Source: an uncultured Chloroflexia bacterium (GTDB lineage Bacteria > Chloroflexota > Limnocylindria > Limnocylindrales > CSP1-4). Taken from it: DNA of 64,000 nucleotides. Shown piece by piece: positions 51,291 to 61,558 of this stretch (position 1 is its first letter; every line of letters begins with the position of its first letter). The position numbers and the translations under genes are program-made. The stretch is from assembly GCA_963835945.1 (NCBI GenBank), contig CAWIHR010000054.1, positions 8,727-72,726 of the forward strand, written 5' to 3'. A model generated the notes under the pieces. The model was not told the origin of the DNA, searched no databases, and saw only the letters and a list, made by a program, of their open reading frames with translations.

Positions 51291-52162
51291 CAGGCGTCGC
51301 CTCCCTGACTGCGCGCCGCTCGCCCGATCTCGGCGGCCGTCAGCTGGCCTTGGTCGGCCAAGTCCACCATCTCAGCGAGGTGCAGCATGGGGAACTCGTC
51401 GCCGCTCCGGGTGAGCCGTCCGCCGAGCTGCATGAGGCAGCCGAGGTCGGCGCTTACGAGACAGGTCGCTCCTTCGACCCGGGCCGCCGCCAGGTGGGCT
51501 AGCTTGGCGTCGCTCATGGCGGCCGAGATCTCGGGCTCGATGAGCCCGAAGCTCCCCCCAAAGCCGCAGCACTGGTCAGCGTCCGCAAGCTCGTGCGGCT
51601 CGGCGCCGGCGCGGCGCAGCGCGCGGAGCGGCGGTTCGGTGAGACCCAGCAGCCGGCGCATATGACAGCCGGTGTGGCAGGCGACAATCAGGGGCCCGGG
51701 TGCCCCGGGTTCCGAAGCGGCCACGTCGGATGGCGCAGGCGCGTCGTGCCCGTCGAGCCATTCGCTGAGCTCGACCACTCGGCCGCCGAGCGCCTCCGCC
51801 CGCTGCCGCCACTGTGTCGCCGTCGCCGGCGTCCGTCCCCGTCGCAGGGCGTCGCGCTCAAGGAGCTCGGGAATCTCGTGCTTGACCATGGCGGCGCAGG
51901 AGCCCGAGAGGGCGATCACGGGGATGGAGTCGGCCGCCGAGCCGTCGACGCCGTCGCCTTCGAAGGCCCGCACCAACTGTCGACCCATCGCGGCCGCCTC
52001 GCGGTGGTGGCCGGCGTTGTACGCGAACTGCCCGCAGCACGTCTGACCTGCGGGAAACTTCAACTCGACCCCTCGCCGTTCGAGGACGTGCACAGCGGCG
52101 ATTCCGACCCGAGGGCGGAAGAGGTCCACCATGCAGCTTACGAACAGCTGCGCCCGCGTCAT
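51290..52162 (-). CDS. lutA: Lactate utilization protein A (CCG domains)
   Basis: QTCCGQ, SGSC, CCGFGGSF and DLGCLMQ. Confidence 0.9.
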   Translation of the reverse strand: MTRAQLFVSCMVDLFRPRVGIAAVHVLERRGVELKFPAGQTCCGQFAYNAGHHREAAAMGRQLVRAFEGDGVDGSAADSIPVIALSGSCAAMVKHEIPELLERDALRRGRTPATATQWRQRAEALGGRVVELSEWLDGHDAPAPSDVAASEPGAPGPLIVACHTGCHMRRLLGLTEPPLRALRRAGAEPHELADADQCCGFGGSFGLIEPEISAAMSDAKLAHLAAARVEGATCLVSADLGCLMQLGGRLTRSGDEFPMLHLAEMVDLADQGQLTAAEIGRAARSQGGDA

Positions 52163-52347
52163 CGTGTGCGCCTCTTTGCCGCTTGCACGTCTACGCCTCG
52201 ATCGAGCCCAACCAACCCACCCCCCGGATCAGAAAGCCCGGCCTGCACGGTGCGCTGACCGACAAACGCCTCGCTATCCCTGGGCGAACGGGCACCGGCA
52301 GCATGAACGCTGGCTTCGGGAAGAGGCAACTCTGGATGCAAGTGCGC

Positions 52348-52381
52348 GCCCTCGGGTCTCGGACGACCGAAACCCGAGGGC
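52348..52381 (-). terminator. GC-rich hairpin downstream of aldA
   Basis: GCCCTCGGGT...ACCCGAGGGC inverted repeat. No U-tract. Confidence 0.45.
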
Positions 52382-52396
52382 GGCTGCTGTGTCCGG

Positions 52397-53872
52397 CTAC
52401 TTGTTGCCGGCCGAGGTGTCGTACTGGATGTAGACCATGTGGGTACGAGTGTTCTCGTACAGGCCGTGCTTGCCGTCGGCGCCCCCGATGCCCGACTTGC
52501 GCCAGCCTGCGTGGAACCCCTGCATGGCCTCGAAGTTCTCGCGGTTGATGTACGTCTCGCCGAACTTGATCTCCTTGCAGGCCCGCATGGCTACGTCGAG
52601 GTTCTTGGTGTAGATCGACGACGTGAGGCCATAGACGGAGTCGTTGGCGTAGGCGATCGCCTCGTCCAGGTCATCGAACGTGACGATCGGCATGACGGGC
52701 CCGAAGATCTCCTCGCGCACGATCGCCATATCCTGCCGGCAGTTGCCGAGCACCGTGGCCGGGTAGAAGTAGCCCTCCGGCTTGGCCGCGTCCCGCTTGC
52801 CGCCGGTGAGGACGGTGGCGCCGTCGGCGACGGCCTTCTTCACCCGCCCCTCGACCAGGCTGAGCTGCTCCCCGCTCACGAACGGCCCCATCTCGAGCGT
52901 TTCGTCGACGAGGGGGTCGCCGTACGTCGTCTCGCTCATGGCCTTGACGAACCGCTCGGTGAACTCGTCGGCGACGCGCTTGTCCACATAGACGCGATCG
53001 GCGCAGTTGCACACCTGCCCGGTGTTGATGACGCGGGAGGCCTTGATCGAATTGACGGCGAGATCCATGTCGGCGTCGGCCATGACGATGGCCGGAGCGC
53101 TGCCGCCGAGCTCGAGGTTGACCTTGATGATGTTTTTCGCGGCCGCTTCCATGACCCGGACGCCCGTGTCGACGCTGCCGGTCACGCTGACCATGCCGAT
53201 GGCCGGGTTGGAGGCGAGCTCCTGGCCTACGACGGCGCCAGACCCGCACACGAGATTGAAGACGCCGGCAGGGAGCCCGGCCTCTTCCACAGCCTTGGCA
53301 AATTCCCCGGCGTTGTTCGGCGTGATCGAGCTCGGCTTGATGACGATGGTGTTGCCCGTCAGCAGCGCCGGCGCCACCTTGCGCGCGATGACGAAGAAGG
53401 GGAAGTTCCAGGGCACGATGCCACCGATGACGCCGATGGCGTGCCGGAACAGGAGGATCTGCTCGTTGGGCCGATCGCTCGTGACGACCTCCCCCTCGAG
53501 CCGGCGGGCCCACTCGGCCATGTAATCGATGTAGTCCGCTGTGAAGCTCGCCTCAACCCGAGACAGGCCAAGCACCTTGCCCTGCTCCTCGGAGATCACC
53601 CGCGCGAGGTGCTCGGGATCCTTCCGGAGCGCGGTCGCGATCTTGCGCAGGTACCCGGCTCGTTCGATGGGCGCCAGCTTCTCCCAGGCGGGCTGCGCCC
53701 GCTCCGCACTGCGGATCGCCTCTCGCGTGTCGTCGAGCGACGAGTCCGGGACCTCCGAGATCACCTGCCCGGTGGACGGATTCTCCACCGGGATCGTCTT
53801 GCCTTCCTGGGCGTCCACGAACCGCCCGTCGACGTAGTTCTGATACCGGCGAAGCGCAACTTGCACCGCCAC
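52397..53872 (-). CDS. aldA: Aldehyde dehydrogenase A (lactaldehyde/glycolaldehyde type), copy 1
   Basis: PWNFP, LELGG, GQVCNC and FEAMQGFHAGWRKSGIGGADGKHG. Confidence 0.93.
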   Translation of the reverse strand: MAVQVALRRYQNYVDGRFVDAQEGKTIPVENPSTGQVISEVPDSSLDDTREAIRSAERAQPAWEKLAPIERAGYLRKIATALRKDPEHLARVISEEQGKVLGLSRVEASFTADYIDYMAEWARRLEGEVVTSDRPNEQILLFRHAIGVIGGIVPWNFPFFVIARKVAPALLTGNTIVIKPSSITPNNAGEFAKAVEEAGLPAGVFNLVCGSGAVVGQELASNPAIGMVSVTGSVDTGVRVMEAAAKNIIKVNLELGGSAPAIVMADADMDLAVNSIKASRVINTGQVCNCADRVYVDKRVADEFTERFVKAMSETTYGDPLVDETLEMGPFVSGEQLSLVEGRVKKAVADGATVLTGGKRDAAKPEGYFYPATVLGNCRQDMAIVREEIFGPVMPIVTFDDLDEAIAYANDSVYGLTSSIYTKNLDVAMRACKEIKFGETYINRENFEAMQGFHAGWRKSGIGGADGKHGLYENTRTHMVYIQYDTSAGNK

Positions 53873-53961
53873 AGTGAACCTCCACTAATGCGATGGACGC
53901 GCCAATTCAACAGTGCGCGCCCACGGGCCGCCTGGCTAGGTCCGGACGGCCCGACTTGGGT

Positions 53962-54010
53962 GGCGGGTGCGACGCCGCTTCAGCCGTTGGTCGGCCCCGC
54001 GCCCGCCAGC
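53962..54010. repeat. 49-bp hairpin element upstream of aldA copy 1
   Basis: One mismatch to 56556-56604. Confidence 0.88.
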
Positions 54011-54049
54011 GACAATTGGATGACACCTCCCCCTGTGTCCGGAACCCGG

Positions 54050-54345
54050 GACGTTTTCGCCGATCTCGTGCTCACGACCACGCTCGGCCCGCCGCTGGAT
54101 GGGATCGCGTGACACCCGCTTTCTAGCGCATGCTGTCTGCATCCAGACTCCCCCACTAGCGCTTCCACGACCTGCGCCATGCGTGCGTCTCGCTCCTGCT
54201 TGCCCAAGGGTGCCGGCACGCGTACCGATGGAGATGCTCGGGCACTCGGAGATCGGCCTGACGCTCAACACGTACAGACACATGCTGCCCACGCTCGGGC
54301 ATGAGGCGGCAGCGGATGGATCAGGTGCTCGGGGCGCGATCGTGA
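54050..54345 (+). pseudogene. Tyrosine integrase C-terminal remnant
   Basis: RFHDLRHACVSLLLAQG/VPARVPMEMLGHSEIGLTLNTY with frameshifts. Confidence 0.82.
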
Positions 54346-54559
54346 GCGGGGCCGGCCGCGTCGACCCGCCTTAGCACCTGCCTGCCCCGTTGCGGCCGGG
54401 CGATCCGCGCGTGACGGCGCGAACGAGTTAGGTCAGTGCAGCGTGCTCACAAGAAGGGCGATCGCAGGCGGGCCCAACGAGCCAGCCTGGCGTCCCACAC
54501 CACCAGTGCACCGTGGCAGGGCTGCAGCCGTCTGCAAAAGCCCGCGCCAGGACGAGGGC

Positions 54560-54985
54560 TCGATCAGGTCGACTGCACTGCAGTACACCGCCGTGTTGTC
54601 GGACGAGATGGTCGCCGCGGTCAGTCTCGCCTATCTCAGCGTCGAGCTGACCAAGTACCAGGTTGACGCGCTCGCCGCCCGGTTAATCTCCACATCCGAC
54701 TCTCTCACGTGATCGTGCGAGCAACTTGTTCGGCGATATCCTGACCGACCTCGGCGGCGCACTCCAAGGCTCGCTCGGCCTGCCCGCGGGCGCCGACCTC
54801 AACCCTGAGCGCCGGTTCCCGAGCATCTTCGAGCCCGTCCATGGCTCGGCGCGGGACCTCGCGGGGTCAGGGGTTTGCAAACCCGATGGCGGCAATATGG
54901 GCTGGGGCGCTGAAGCTCGAACACTTGGGAGAGCAGCCAATGGACGCGACAGGACGGCGCTTCGAAATGACCCCCTGGGTTTCGG
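54560..54985 (+). pseudogene. Tartrate/isopropylmalate dehydrogenase-family C-terminal remnant
   Basis: VDALAAR, NLFGDILTDL, FEPVHGSA and AAIWAGAL.LEHLG. Confidence 0.82.
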
Positions 54986-55034
54986 AGTGGCCACCGATCG
55001 GAGTCCTCCCGATCGGTGGCCACCATTCGCAAGC

Positions 55035-56504
55035 CTACGGCCTCCCAGCCGCCATGTCGTACTGGAGATAGATCACGTGGGTCCGGGTGTACTCGAGCAC
55101 GCCGTGCTTGCCGTCGGCGCCGCCGATGCCGGACTTGCGCCAGCCCGCATGGAAGCCCTGCATGTTCTCCATGTTCTCGCGGTTGATGTACGTCTCGCCG
55201 AAGCGCAGCTCGTTGCACGCCCGCATGATGACGCTGACGTCGTTCGTGAAGATTGAGGACGCGAGCCCGTAGATGGAGTCGTTCGCATAGGCGATCGCTT
55301 CGTCGAGATCGTGGAACGTCACGACCGGCATCACCGGCCCGAAGATCTCCTCCCGGACGATGGCCATGTCCTGGCGGCAGTTGGCAATGACGGTGGCGGG
55401 GTAGAAGTTGCCCTCGGGTCGGTCCGCCGCCCGCTTGCCGCCGACCACGATCTGACCTCCGTCGGCGACGGCCCGCTCGACCCGTCCGCTGACTGCCTCG
55501 AGCTGGCGTGCGCTCACGAGCGGACCCAGGTCGTGGCCCTCGTCGACGAGCGCGTTCCCGTACGTGGCCTGACCCATGGCCTCGGCCAGCCGGTCGGTGA
55601 ACTCGTCCCCGACGCCCTGGTGCACGTAGGTCCGGTCGGCCGCACCACACACCTGGCCCGTGTTGAGGAGGCGACATGCCTTGATGGACTTGACGGCCAG
55701 ATCCAGGTCAGCGTCCGGCATCACGATCACCGGCGCACTGCCACCGAGCTCGAGGCTCACCTTCGTGATGTTCTGGGCGGCGAGTTCCATGACCCGGGAG
55801 CCCGTCCGGATGGAACCCGTGACGCTCACCATGCCAATGAGCGGGTTCGAGGCCAGCTCCTCGCCGACGATCGGCCCGTAGCCACAGACGAGGTTGACGA
55901 CGCCCGCTGGGACCTCCGCCGCGTCGAAGATCCGACCGAGCTCGAGCGTGCTGTTCGGGGTGATCTCGCTCGGCTTCACGACGATCGCGTTGCCCGTCAG
56001 GAGGGCCGGCGCCACCTTTCGCGCGAGCACGTAGAGCGGGAAGTTCCAGGGCACGATCCCGCCGACGACGCCGATGGGCTGCCGCAAGAGCAGCTCCATT
56101 TCATTGGGCCGGTCGCTCGGGATGACCTCGCCCTCCACCCGGCGGGCCCATTCAGCCGTGTAGTCGAAGTAGTCCGCCGTGCCGTTGACCTCGCCCCTGG
56201 CTTGGTCCAGCGGCTTGCCCTGCTCCTCGGACAACACCCGCGCGAGGTGCTCAGCATCTGTACGAATGCCTGTTGCGATGCGGTGCAGGTACCCGGCTCG
56301 CTCGATCGGCGCTCGCTTCTCCCAGACGCGCTGGGCCTTGTCGGCTAAGGCGATTGCCTCGCGGGCATCCTCGGCCGATGAGTCCGGGACGTCGGACACA
56401 ATTTGTCCGGTGGCCGGATTCTCGACCGTCAGGGTCTTGCTCCCCTGGGCGTCTACGAACCGACCGTCGACATAGTTCTGGTAGCGGTGAGTGGCGACAG
56501 CCAT
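55035..56504 (-). CDS. aldA: Aldehyde dehydrogenase A, copy 2
   Basis: Same motifs as copy 1, with GQVCGA at the catalytic Cys. Confidence 0.92.
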   Translation of the reverse strand: MAVATHRYQNYVDGRFVDAQGSKTLTVENPATGQIVSDVPDSSAEDAREAIALADKAQRVWEKRAPIERAGYLHRIATGIRTDAEHLARVLSEEQGKPLDQARGEVNGTADYFDYTAEWARRVEGEVIPSDRPNEMELLLRQPIGVVGGIVPWNFPLYVLARKVAPALLTGNAIVVKPSEITPNSTLELGRIFDAAEVPAGVVNLVCGYGPIVGEELASNPLIGMVSVTGSIRTGSRVMELAAQNITKVSLELGGSAPVIVMPDADLDLAVKSIKACRLLNTGQVCGAADRTYVHQGVGDEFTDRLAEAMGQATYGNALVDEGHDLGPLVSARQLEAVSGRVERAVADGGQIVVGGKRAADRPEGNFYPATVIANCRQDMAIVREEIFGPVMPVVTFHDLDEAIAYANDSIYGLASSIFTNDVSVIMRACNELRFGETYINRENMENMQGFHAGWRKSGIGGADGKHGVLEYTRTHVIYLQYDMAAGRP

Positions 56505-56555
56505 CGTGATCCTCCGCGTTGACCGACCGCACCCCGAGGCGCGAAAAGACGATGA

Positions 56556-56604
56556 GGCGGGCGCGACGCCGCTTCAGCCGTTGGTCGGCCCCGCGCCCGC
56601 CAGC
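56556..56604. repeat. 49-bp hairpin element upstream of aldA copy 2
   Basis: GGCGGGCGCG...CGCGCCCGCC stem. Confidence 0.88.
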
Positions 56605-56619
56605 AACACCGGGATGGAC

Positions 56620-57759
56620 CTAGCCGAGGACCAGCGCAGCCACGCTCAGGTCCGCGTGGGTAGGGATGCCGGGCACCGAGCAACCCTGCTCGCCGAACGC
56701 GAGATAGCCGATCCAGGGCACGTGGCCGATGGTGTGCTCGAGCTCGCCTGGGATTTCCCTGATCCGCTCACCGAGGGCGATGGCGCGGCCACCGCAGTAG
56801 GCGAGCACGACGGCCTGCGGCTCCTTCACCCCCTGGGCCGCCTTGTGCACGGCATTGCCCGCCTCGGCGATCAGCCCATTCACGGTGTTCTCGCCCAGCT
56901 CCAGCACCATGCCGGGACTCATGGCTGCCCCGAAATCAATGGAGCCGTCCAGGTTGCTGTTCATCGGGTGGGCGGAGTAGGTGATCCCATCCTTGTGGAA
57001 GAGCAGCGGGTACTGCACGCTGAACGACAGAAGCGCCCCGCCGCCGATCTCGGATGCGGGTCGCCCCACCCATTCTGTGTAGACGTCCATGGCCGGGCGG
57101 CCGTCGAGCTCATACGCCGTCCGCCCAGTGGCCTTGGTGATCGTGCCCTTCTTGCCCGTCAGGCGGTACCCATTCGAGAAGGCGTAGCCGATCTGGCCTC
57201 CCAGGGCCGCGATGGCGAAGTGGTTCTTGTAGGCATGGCCGTTCGCGAACTGCTGGAACTTGCCGTCGGGAGAGTGGTCCGAAGAACTACCGCCCACCAC
57301 CGGCACGCCCGGGGCCACCTCGGCAATCCCTCGCAGGATCTCCTCTTCTGGTCCCATGTACGCGATGGTCAGCAGGACGCTGGCCTTGCCGCCCAGCTGC
57401 TTGAGAGCCTCCCGGGCCGCCTCCTTGCCGGCCGCGAAACCGTCGCCCTCGGCGACGGCGGCCACGCCCACGCCGGCCGGCCGGTCGGCGATCAACATCA
57501 GGCTGGCCGCGCCGCCATCACTAGTGACCCAGCCCGTGTCCTGGAAGACGCCCGCGGACGACGATCCGCCCCAGAGGGGGACGTCACCCAGCAGCCCGGA
57601 GACGCGCGCGACGAGGCTCTCCGTGTCGTACTGCGTCGTCGCAAACAGGATCGCCAGCGTGGGTGCACCCTGCAACTCGATCTTGGCTCGCTCCACGAGC
57701 TCGGCAGCCGCAGCTGCCGCGTCCGTGTTCGTGGTGTAACCGGTGCCAATTGCGCTCAT
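56620..57759 (-). CDS. Stand-alone FIST (FIST_N/FIST_C) domain protein
   Basis: WGGSSSAG, VGGSSSD, YELDGRPA, YCGGR and GYLAFGEQ. Confidence 0.85.
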   Translation of the reverse strand: MSAIGTGYTTNTDAAAAAAELVERAKIELQGAPTLAILFATTQYDTESLVARVSGLLGDVPLWGGSSSAGVFQDTGWVTSDGGAASLMLIADRPAGVGVAAVAEGDGFAAGKEAAREALKQLGGKASVLLTIAYMGPEEEILRGIAEVAPGVPVVGGSSSDHSPDGKFQQFANGHAYKNHFAIAALGGQIGYAFSNGYRLTGKKGTITKATGRTAYELDGRPAMDVYTEWVGRPASEIGGGALLSFSVQYPLLFHKDGITYSAHPMNSNLDGSIDFGAAMSPGMVLELGENTVNGLIAEAGNAVHKAAQGVKEPQAVVLAYCGGRAIALGERIREIPGELEHTIGHVPWIGYLAFGEQGCSVPGIPTHADLSVAALVLG

Positions 57760-59168
57760 GAGACCGCCTCCTTGTCCCTGCTACGAGTGACCTGATCGTG
57801 ACCCGGTATCCGTCCCGACTGATAGATCTGGCCGAGCATGGCTCCCCCGAGCAACGAGGACTGGTCCTGGTAGACGTACTCGAACGCGCCGGTCCAGCGG
57901 CGCCGTGCTTCAAGCATCCCGCGCACCTTGGCCCCGCCACCGGAGATCCCGACCGTGCCGCGCAGGCTCACAAGCTTCGCGACGGCGTCCAGGTGCGCAC
58001 CGAGATACGCTGCATTGCCTCGAATGAGACTCAGCAAGAGATCGTCGCGCGTGGTCTCGAGCGTCAGACCGGTGAACCCAGCCGTGAGTGGTTCGAGGGA
58101 GTAGCGACTGCCACCGAGGTACGGCTCGTACGCCGGGAGCAGGGCCTCCCGCTCAGCAGCACCCGGGTCCGTGAGGAACGCTGTGAGTGCGCCCGGGACG
58201 TACTCGTCATAGAACTGGTCATCGCTGAGCTCACGACAGAACGACGCGTGGAACCAATCCAGGGCTGCGCCTCCGGTGTTGAGGACAAAGAACGTGAGCC
58301 ACCGCCCGGGGATGGCGTGGCAGCGCACGTTGAAGTCGGGCGAGGCGACCGGTGCGTCGGTGCAGACGCTCGCGATGTCGCACGTCCCGCTGATGAGGTT
58401 GATGTCGCCGGGCTCGGTGAGGCCGCCCGACAGCGCGGCGAGGACGGCGTCGTTGCCCCCGCAGAGCACCGTACAGTCGCTGGGCAGACCGAGCTCGTCG
58501 GCGACCGCCGGGAGGATCTCGCCGGCAGGGTCGTAGGACTGCAGGAGTGGTGGCAGTTTGTGCTCGGGGATGCCGGCTAGGCGGAGGACGGTGTCGTTCC
58601 AGGTGAGGTCGTTGCGTGCCGTGTTGTAGAGGCCGGTGATCGAGACGGTGGAAGGATCGATCGCCCAGCTGCCCGTCAGGCGTTTGACCAGGTACGTGTT
58701 GCAGTGGCCGAACTTGGCCGCCTCCGCCCAGACCGTCGGTCGCTCGTCACGGAACCAGAGGATCGACGACAGTGACGAGCCACCCGACACCGGCAGGTTG
58801 CACGCCTCGGAGAGGAACCGTTCCTCGCCCACGATCCGGCGGATGGCCGCCGACTGCGCGCGCGAGCGCCCATCAAGGAACAACACCGCGGGGCTGAGCG
58901 CCCTCCCGTCCGCAGTCATGGGGGTGAGCCCGGGCGTGGTGACCGACAGCGAGACCACGCCGACGTCGCGCAGGCTCGCCGGCATTTCCGCGCAGCACTC
59001 GCGCAGCGCTCGCCACCACACCTCCGGGTCAATGTCCGCCTTCCCCCGGTCGTACAGGTGGGGCTCGTAACCCCGCTGCGTCTCGCAGCGTTTCTCGAGG
59101 TCCGGACCGAAGACGCCGAGCTTGAGCGCGCTGGTGCCCACGTCGACGGCCAGAATGTCGCGCGTCAC
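57756..59168 (-). CDS. FGGY-family carbohydrate kinase
   Basis: AVDVGTSALK, GGNDA, SGT, PYLGGSR and SGGG. Confidence 0.9.
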   Translation of the reverse strand: MTRDILAVDVGTSALKLGVFGPDLEKRCETQRGYEPHLYDRGKADIDPEVWWRALRECCAEMPASLRDVGVVSLSVTTPGLTPMTADGRALSPAVLFLDGRSRAQSAAIRRIVGEERFLSEACNLPVSGGSSLSSILWFRDERPTVWAEAAKFGHCNTYLVKRLTGSWAIDPSTVSITGLYNTARNDLTWNDTVLRLAGIPEHKLPPLLQSYDPAGEILPAVADELGLPSDCTVLCGGNDAVLAALSGGLTEPGDINLISGTCDIASVCTDAPVASPDFNVRCHAIPGRWLTFFVLNTGGAALDWFHASFCRELSDDQFYDEYVPGALTAFLTDPGAAEREALLPAYEPYLGGSRYSLEPLTAGFTGLTLETTRDDLLLSLIRGNAAYLGAHLDAVAKLVSLRGTVGISGGGAKVRGMLEARRRWTGAFEYVYQDQSSLLGGAMLGQIYQSGRIPGHDQVTRSRDKEAVS

Positions 59169-60151
59169 GACACCAACCCCTCGTCCGTGAGCAGCGCCCG
59201 GAGCGCGACGAGGTAGGTGTCCTCTAGCGGCAGGAGGGGCCGGCGCGGAACGCCCCCCACGAAGCCCGCCAGGTCCATGGCCGCCTTGACGCCGGCGACC
59301 CCGTAGGCGCCGGAAATCGCATGATTGATGCGACTCACGCGGGCCTGCAGGGGAAGGCCCGTGACCTTGTCCCTCGCCCGCCCGGCCTCGAACAGCTCCA
59401 GTGCGAGCTGCGGGAACGCGTTCGCGAGGGAGACGGTGCCACCGGGCGACCCGCCCATCATGGCGGGGAAGAGGAAGTTGGCCGAGCCCGCCAGCACATG
59501 GAAGGACTGGCTCTCCAAGGGGAGGAAGTTCTCGATGCCGCTCGTTGCACTGTCTTTCATCCCGACGATGTTGGGATGCGCGGCGAGGCGTCCGACGAGC
59601 TCGGGACTCAGCGTGATCCCGCAGAACCCCGGCGCGTTGTAGAGGAGCAGCGGGACTCGCGCGCCGTCGGCAAGGGAGGAGAAGTAACGGAACAGGACGT
59701 CGTCGGTCATCTGCCGCCGGTAGTAGCCTGGGGACAGCACGAGCCCGAAGTCGGCGCCTAGGTCCGCGGCCGCGGCGAGGAAGCGTTCGGTGTCACGCTG
59801 TGCGTCATATGTCGCCCCGGCCATGACGATCTGCCCCGGGCCCTTGTGGCGCACGACCACGTCGAGCACGCGCAGCCGTTCGTCCTCCGAGAGACTGCGG
59901 TTCTCGCCGTTGGAACCGAGTGCGAGGTAGCCGAAAATCCCGCTCTCCGCGTAGCGGCCGACGTTGAATCCCAGGGCCCCGTAGTCGACGTCCTCGTTGT
60001 CGGCGAACGGCGTGCAGATTGGCGCGAACACCCCCGCGAAAGTTGCCTGGAGGGGGTTGGATCGCGTGGAGCACCCCTTGCGGCGAGTGGCGCTCGAGCC
60101 TCCGTCGAGCGCCTGCAACGGACCTTGGCGGACTGCAGGCCGGTCGTGCAT
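59165..60151 (-). CDS. DHDPS-family class I aldolase (HOGA-like); true start probably near 60070
   Basis: PICTPF, GSNGE, LYNAP and GMKDS. Confidence 0.88.
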   Translation of the reverse strand: MHDRPAVRQGPLQALDGGSSATRRKGCSTRSNPLQATFAGVFAPICTPFADNEDVDYGALGFNVGRYAESGIFGYLALGSNGENRSLSEDERLRVLDVVVRHKGPGQIVMAGATYDAQRDTERFLAAAADLGADFGLVLSPGYYRRQMTDDVLFRYFSSLADGARVPLLLYNAPGFCGITLSPELVGRLAAHPNIVGMKDSATSGIENFLPLESQSFHVLAGSANFLFPAMMGGSPGGTVSLANAFPQLALELFEAGRARDKVTGLPLQARVSRINHAISGAYGVAGVKAAMDLAGFVGGVPRRPLLPLEDTYLVALRALLTDEGLVS

Positions 60152-60279
60152 ATTCGTCCGGCCCGCGGGCTACTCACGCTACGGCAGCTGGCCCCACGCG
60201 ATCAGTGCCGTTCGTCGCCACTTGTCGAGGATGCCTTGGCGAAACTGAGGCGCGGGTTCCTGATGCGCTGCCCTGCCCA

Positions 60280-61215
60280 TCACCCCTCACGGGCCGGCCC
60301 GACCTCGGCCAGGGCCGCGATGATGGCCTCGGCGGCGCGGCGCTTCATCTCGACCAGCAATTCGCGGCTGTAGAAAGCGGCGTGCGGCGTGAGCGCGACA
60401 TTCGGCAGTGCCAGGAGCGGATCGTCGGGAGCGATCGGTTCCCGCTCGAGGACGTCGAGCGCAGCGCCGCCGAGGCGGCCCGATCGAAGCGCTTCGACGA
60501 GCGCCCCCTGATCCACCACGCCACCCCGAGATGTATTGACGAGGTACGCTCCGGGCTTCATACGGGCCAGCGCGGCGGCGTCCAGCAGGTGACGCGTCGA
60601 CGGATCGAGCCGGGTGTTCACACTCACGAGGTCGCTTGTGGCGAGGAGCTCCTCGAGCTCAACCAGGCGAACGCCCTCGACGGCCGGCTGACGCGGATCG
60701 GCGGCCACGACCTGAAAGCGCAGCGCGAGCGCCCGACGGGCGACCGCGGACCCGATGCGTCCCAAGCCTATGATCCCGATCTGCAGCCCGCTGCTGCGGC
60801 GCAGCTCGCCGCCATTGCGGAAATCCCAGGTCCCGGCGTGGACCGCGCGGTCGAGCCGCACGATGCCGCGGGTCAGGGCGAGGATCAGCCCGATGGTGTG
60901 ATCGGCCACCTCGTCGACGCCATAGTCGGGCACGTTCACGATCCGAAGTCCGCGTCGCGCGGCGGCCGGCAACTCGACGTTGTCAAGGCTAGCGCCGTAG
61001 ATGCCAACGACCCGGACTGATGGGAGCGCTGCCAAGACCGCCTCGGTGATCGGGGCGTACTGGGTGAGCAATGCGACTGCCCCAGTGCCCGCCGCGATCA
61101 CTTCGTTAGCCGTGTGGCACTGGGCGAGCACCACCTCATAGCCGGCCTGAGCGAAGATCGTCCGCTCGATATCGATCGTCTGGTGGTCGCAGTCGGTGAT
61201 GACAATTCGGCTCAT
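60280..61215 (-). CDS. D-2-hydroxyacid dehydrogenase (CtBP-like)
   Basis: NVPDYG, GIIGLGRIG, VNTSRGG and TPHAAFYS. Confidence 0.92.
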   Translation of the reverse strand: MSRIVITDCDHQTIDIERTIFAQAGYEVVLAQCHTANEVIAAGTGAVALLTQYAPITEAVLAALPSVRVVGIYGASLDNVELPAAARRGLRIVNVPDYGVDEVADHTIGLILALTRGIVRLDRAVHAGTWDFRNGGELRRSSGLQIGIIGLGRIGSAVARRALALRFQVVAADPRQPAVEGVRLVELEELLATSDLVSVNTRLDPSTRHLLDAAALARMKPGAYLVNTSRGGVVDQGALVEALRSGRLGGAALDVLEREPIAPDDPLLALPNVALTPHAAFYSRELLVEMKRRAAEAIIAALAEVGPAREG

Positions 61216-61558
61216 TCGCGCCCTCGCCAAGGTTACTCGCGCGAAGCCGAGCCGCCAGCCGCGCTCCGACCCACACACCAGGCGCGGTCCCCAATCGCCA
61301 GGCGTGCCTGGCCACATAGTCGGCTGCCCTCTGCGTCGGCCAGTCGCTGTAAGGTTGGCTGGTGCGTGCCGCTAGGGGGTACGGTTCGAGCAGCCCCGGG
61401 ATGTCCCACGCCGATCGAGTCGCATCGGCGAGGCGAGCTGGCCTTGGGTTTGGATCACGTGAGCGGCGCTGCCGCGATAGGCACCGAGGTCGCCCCAAGG
61501 CCCGGCTGGTAAATCGCGGCCTCGGGACGCACCGAGCTACGGCCGCCCAGTTCGGTCC

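Noticed and set aside
52439-56348. Long plus-strand ORFs antisense to the aldA genes, and similar shadow ORFs throughout the window
   Set aside because: These are expected antisense shadows of real genes in high-GC DNA.
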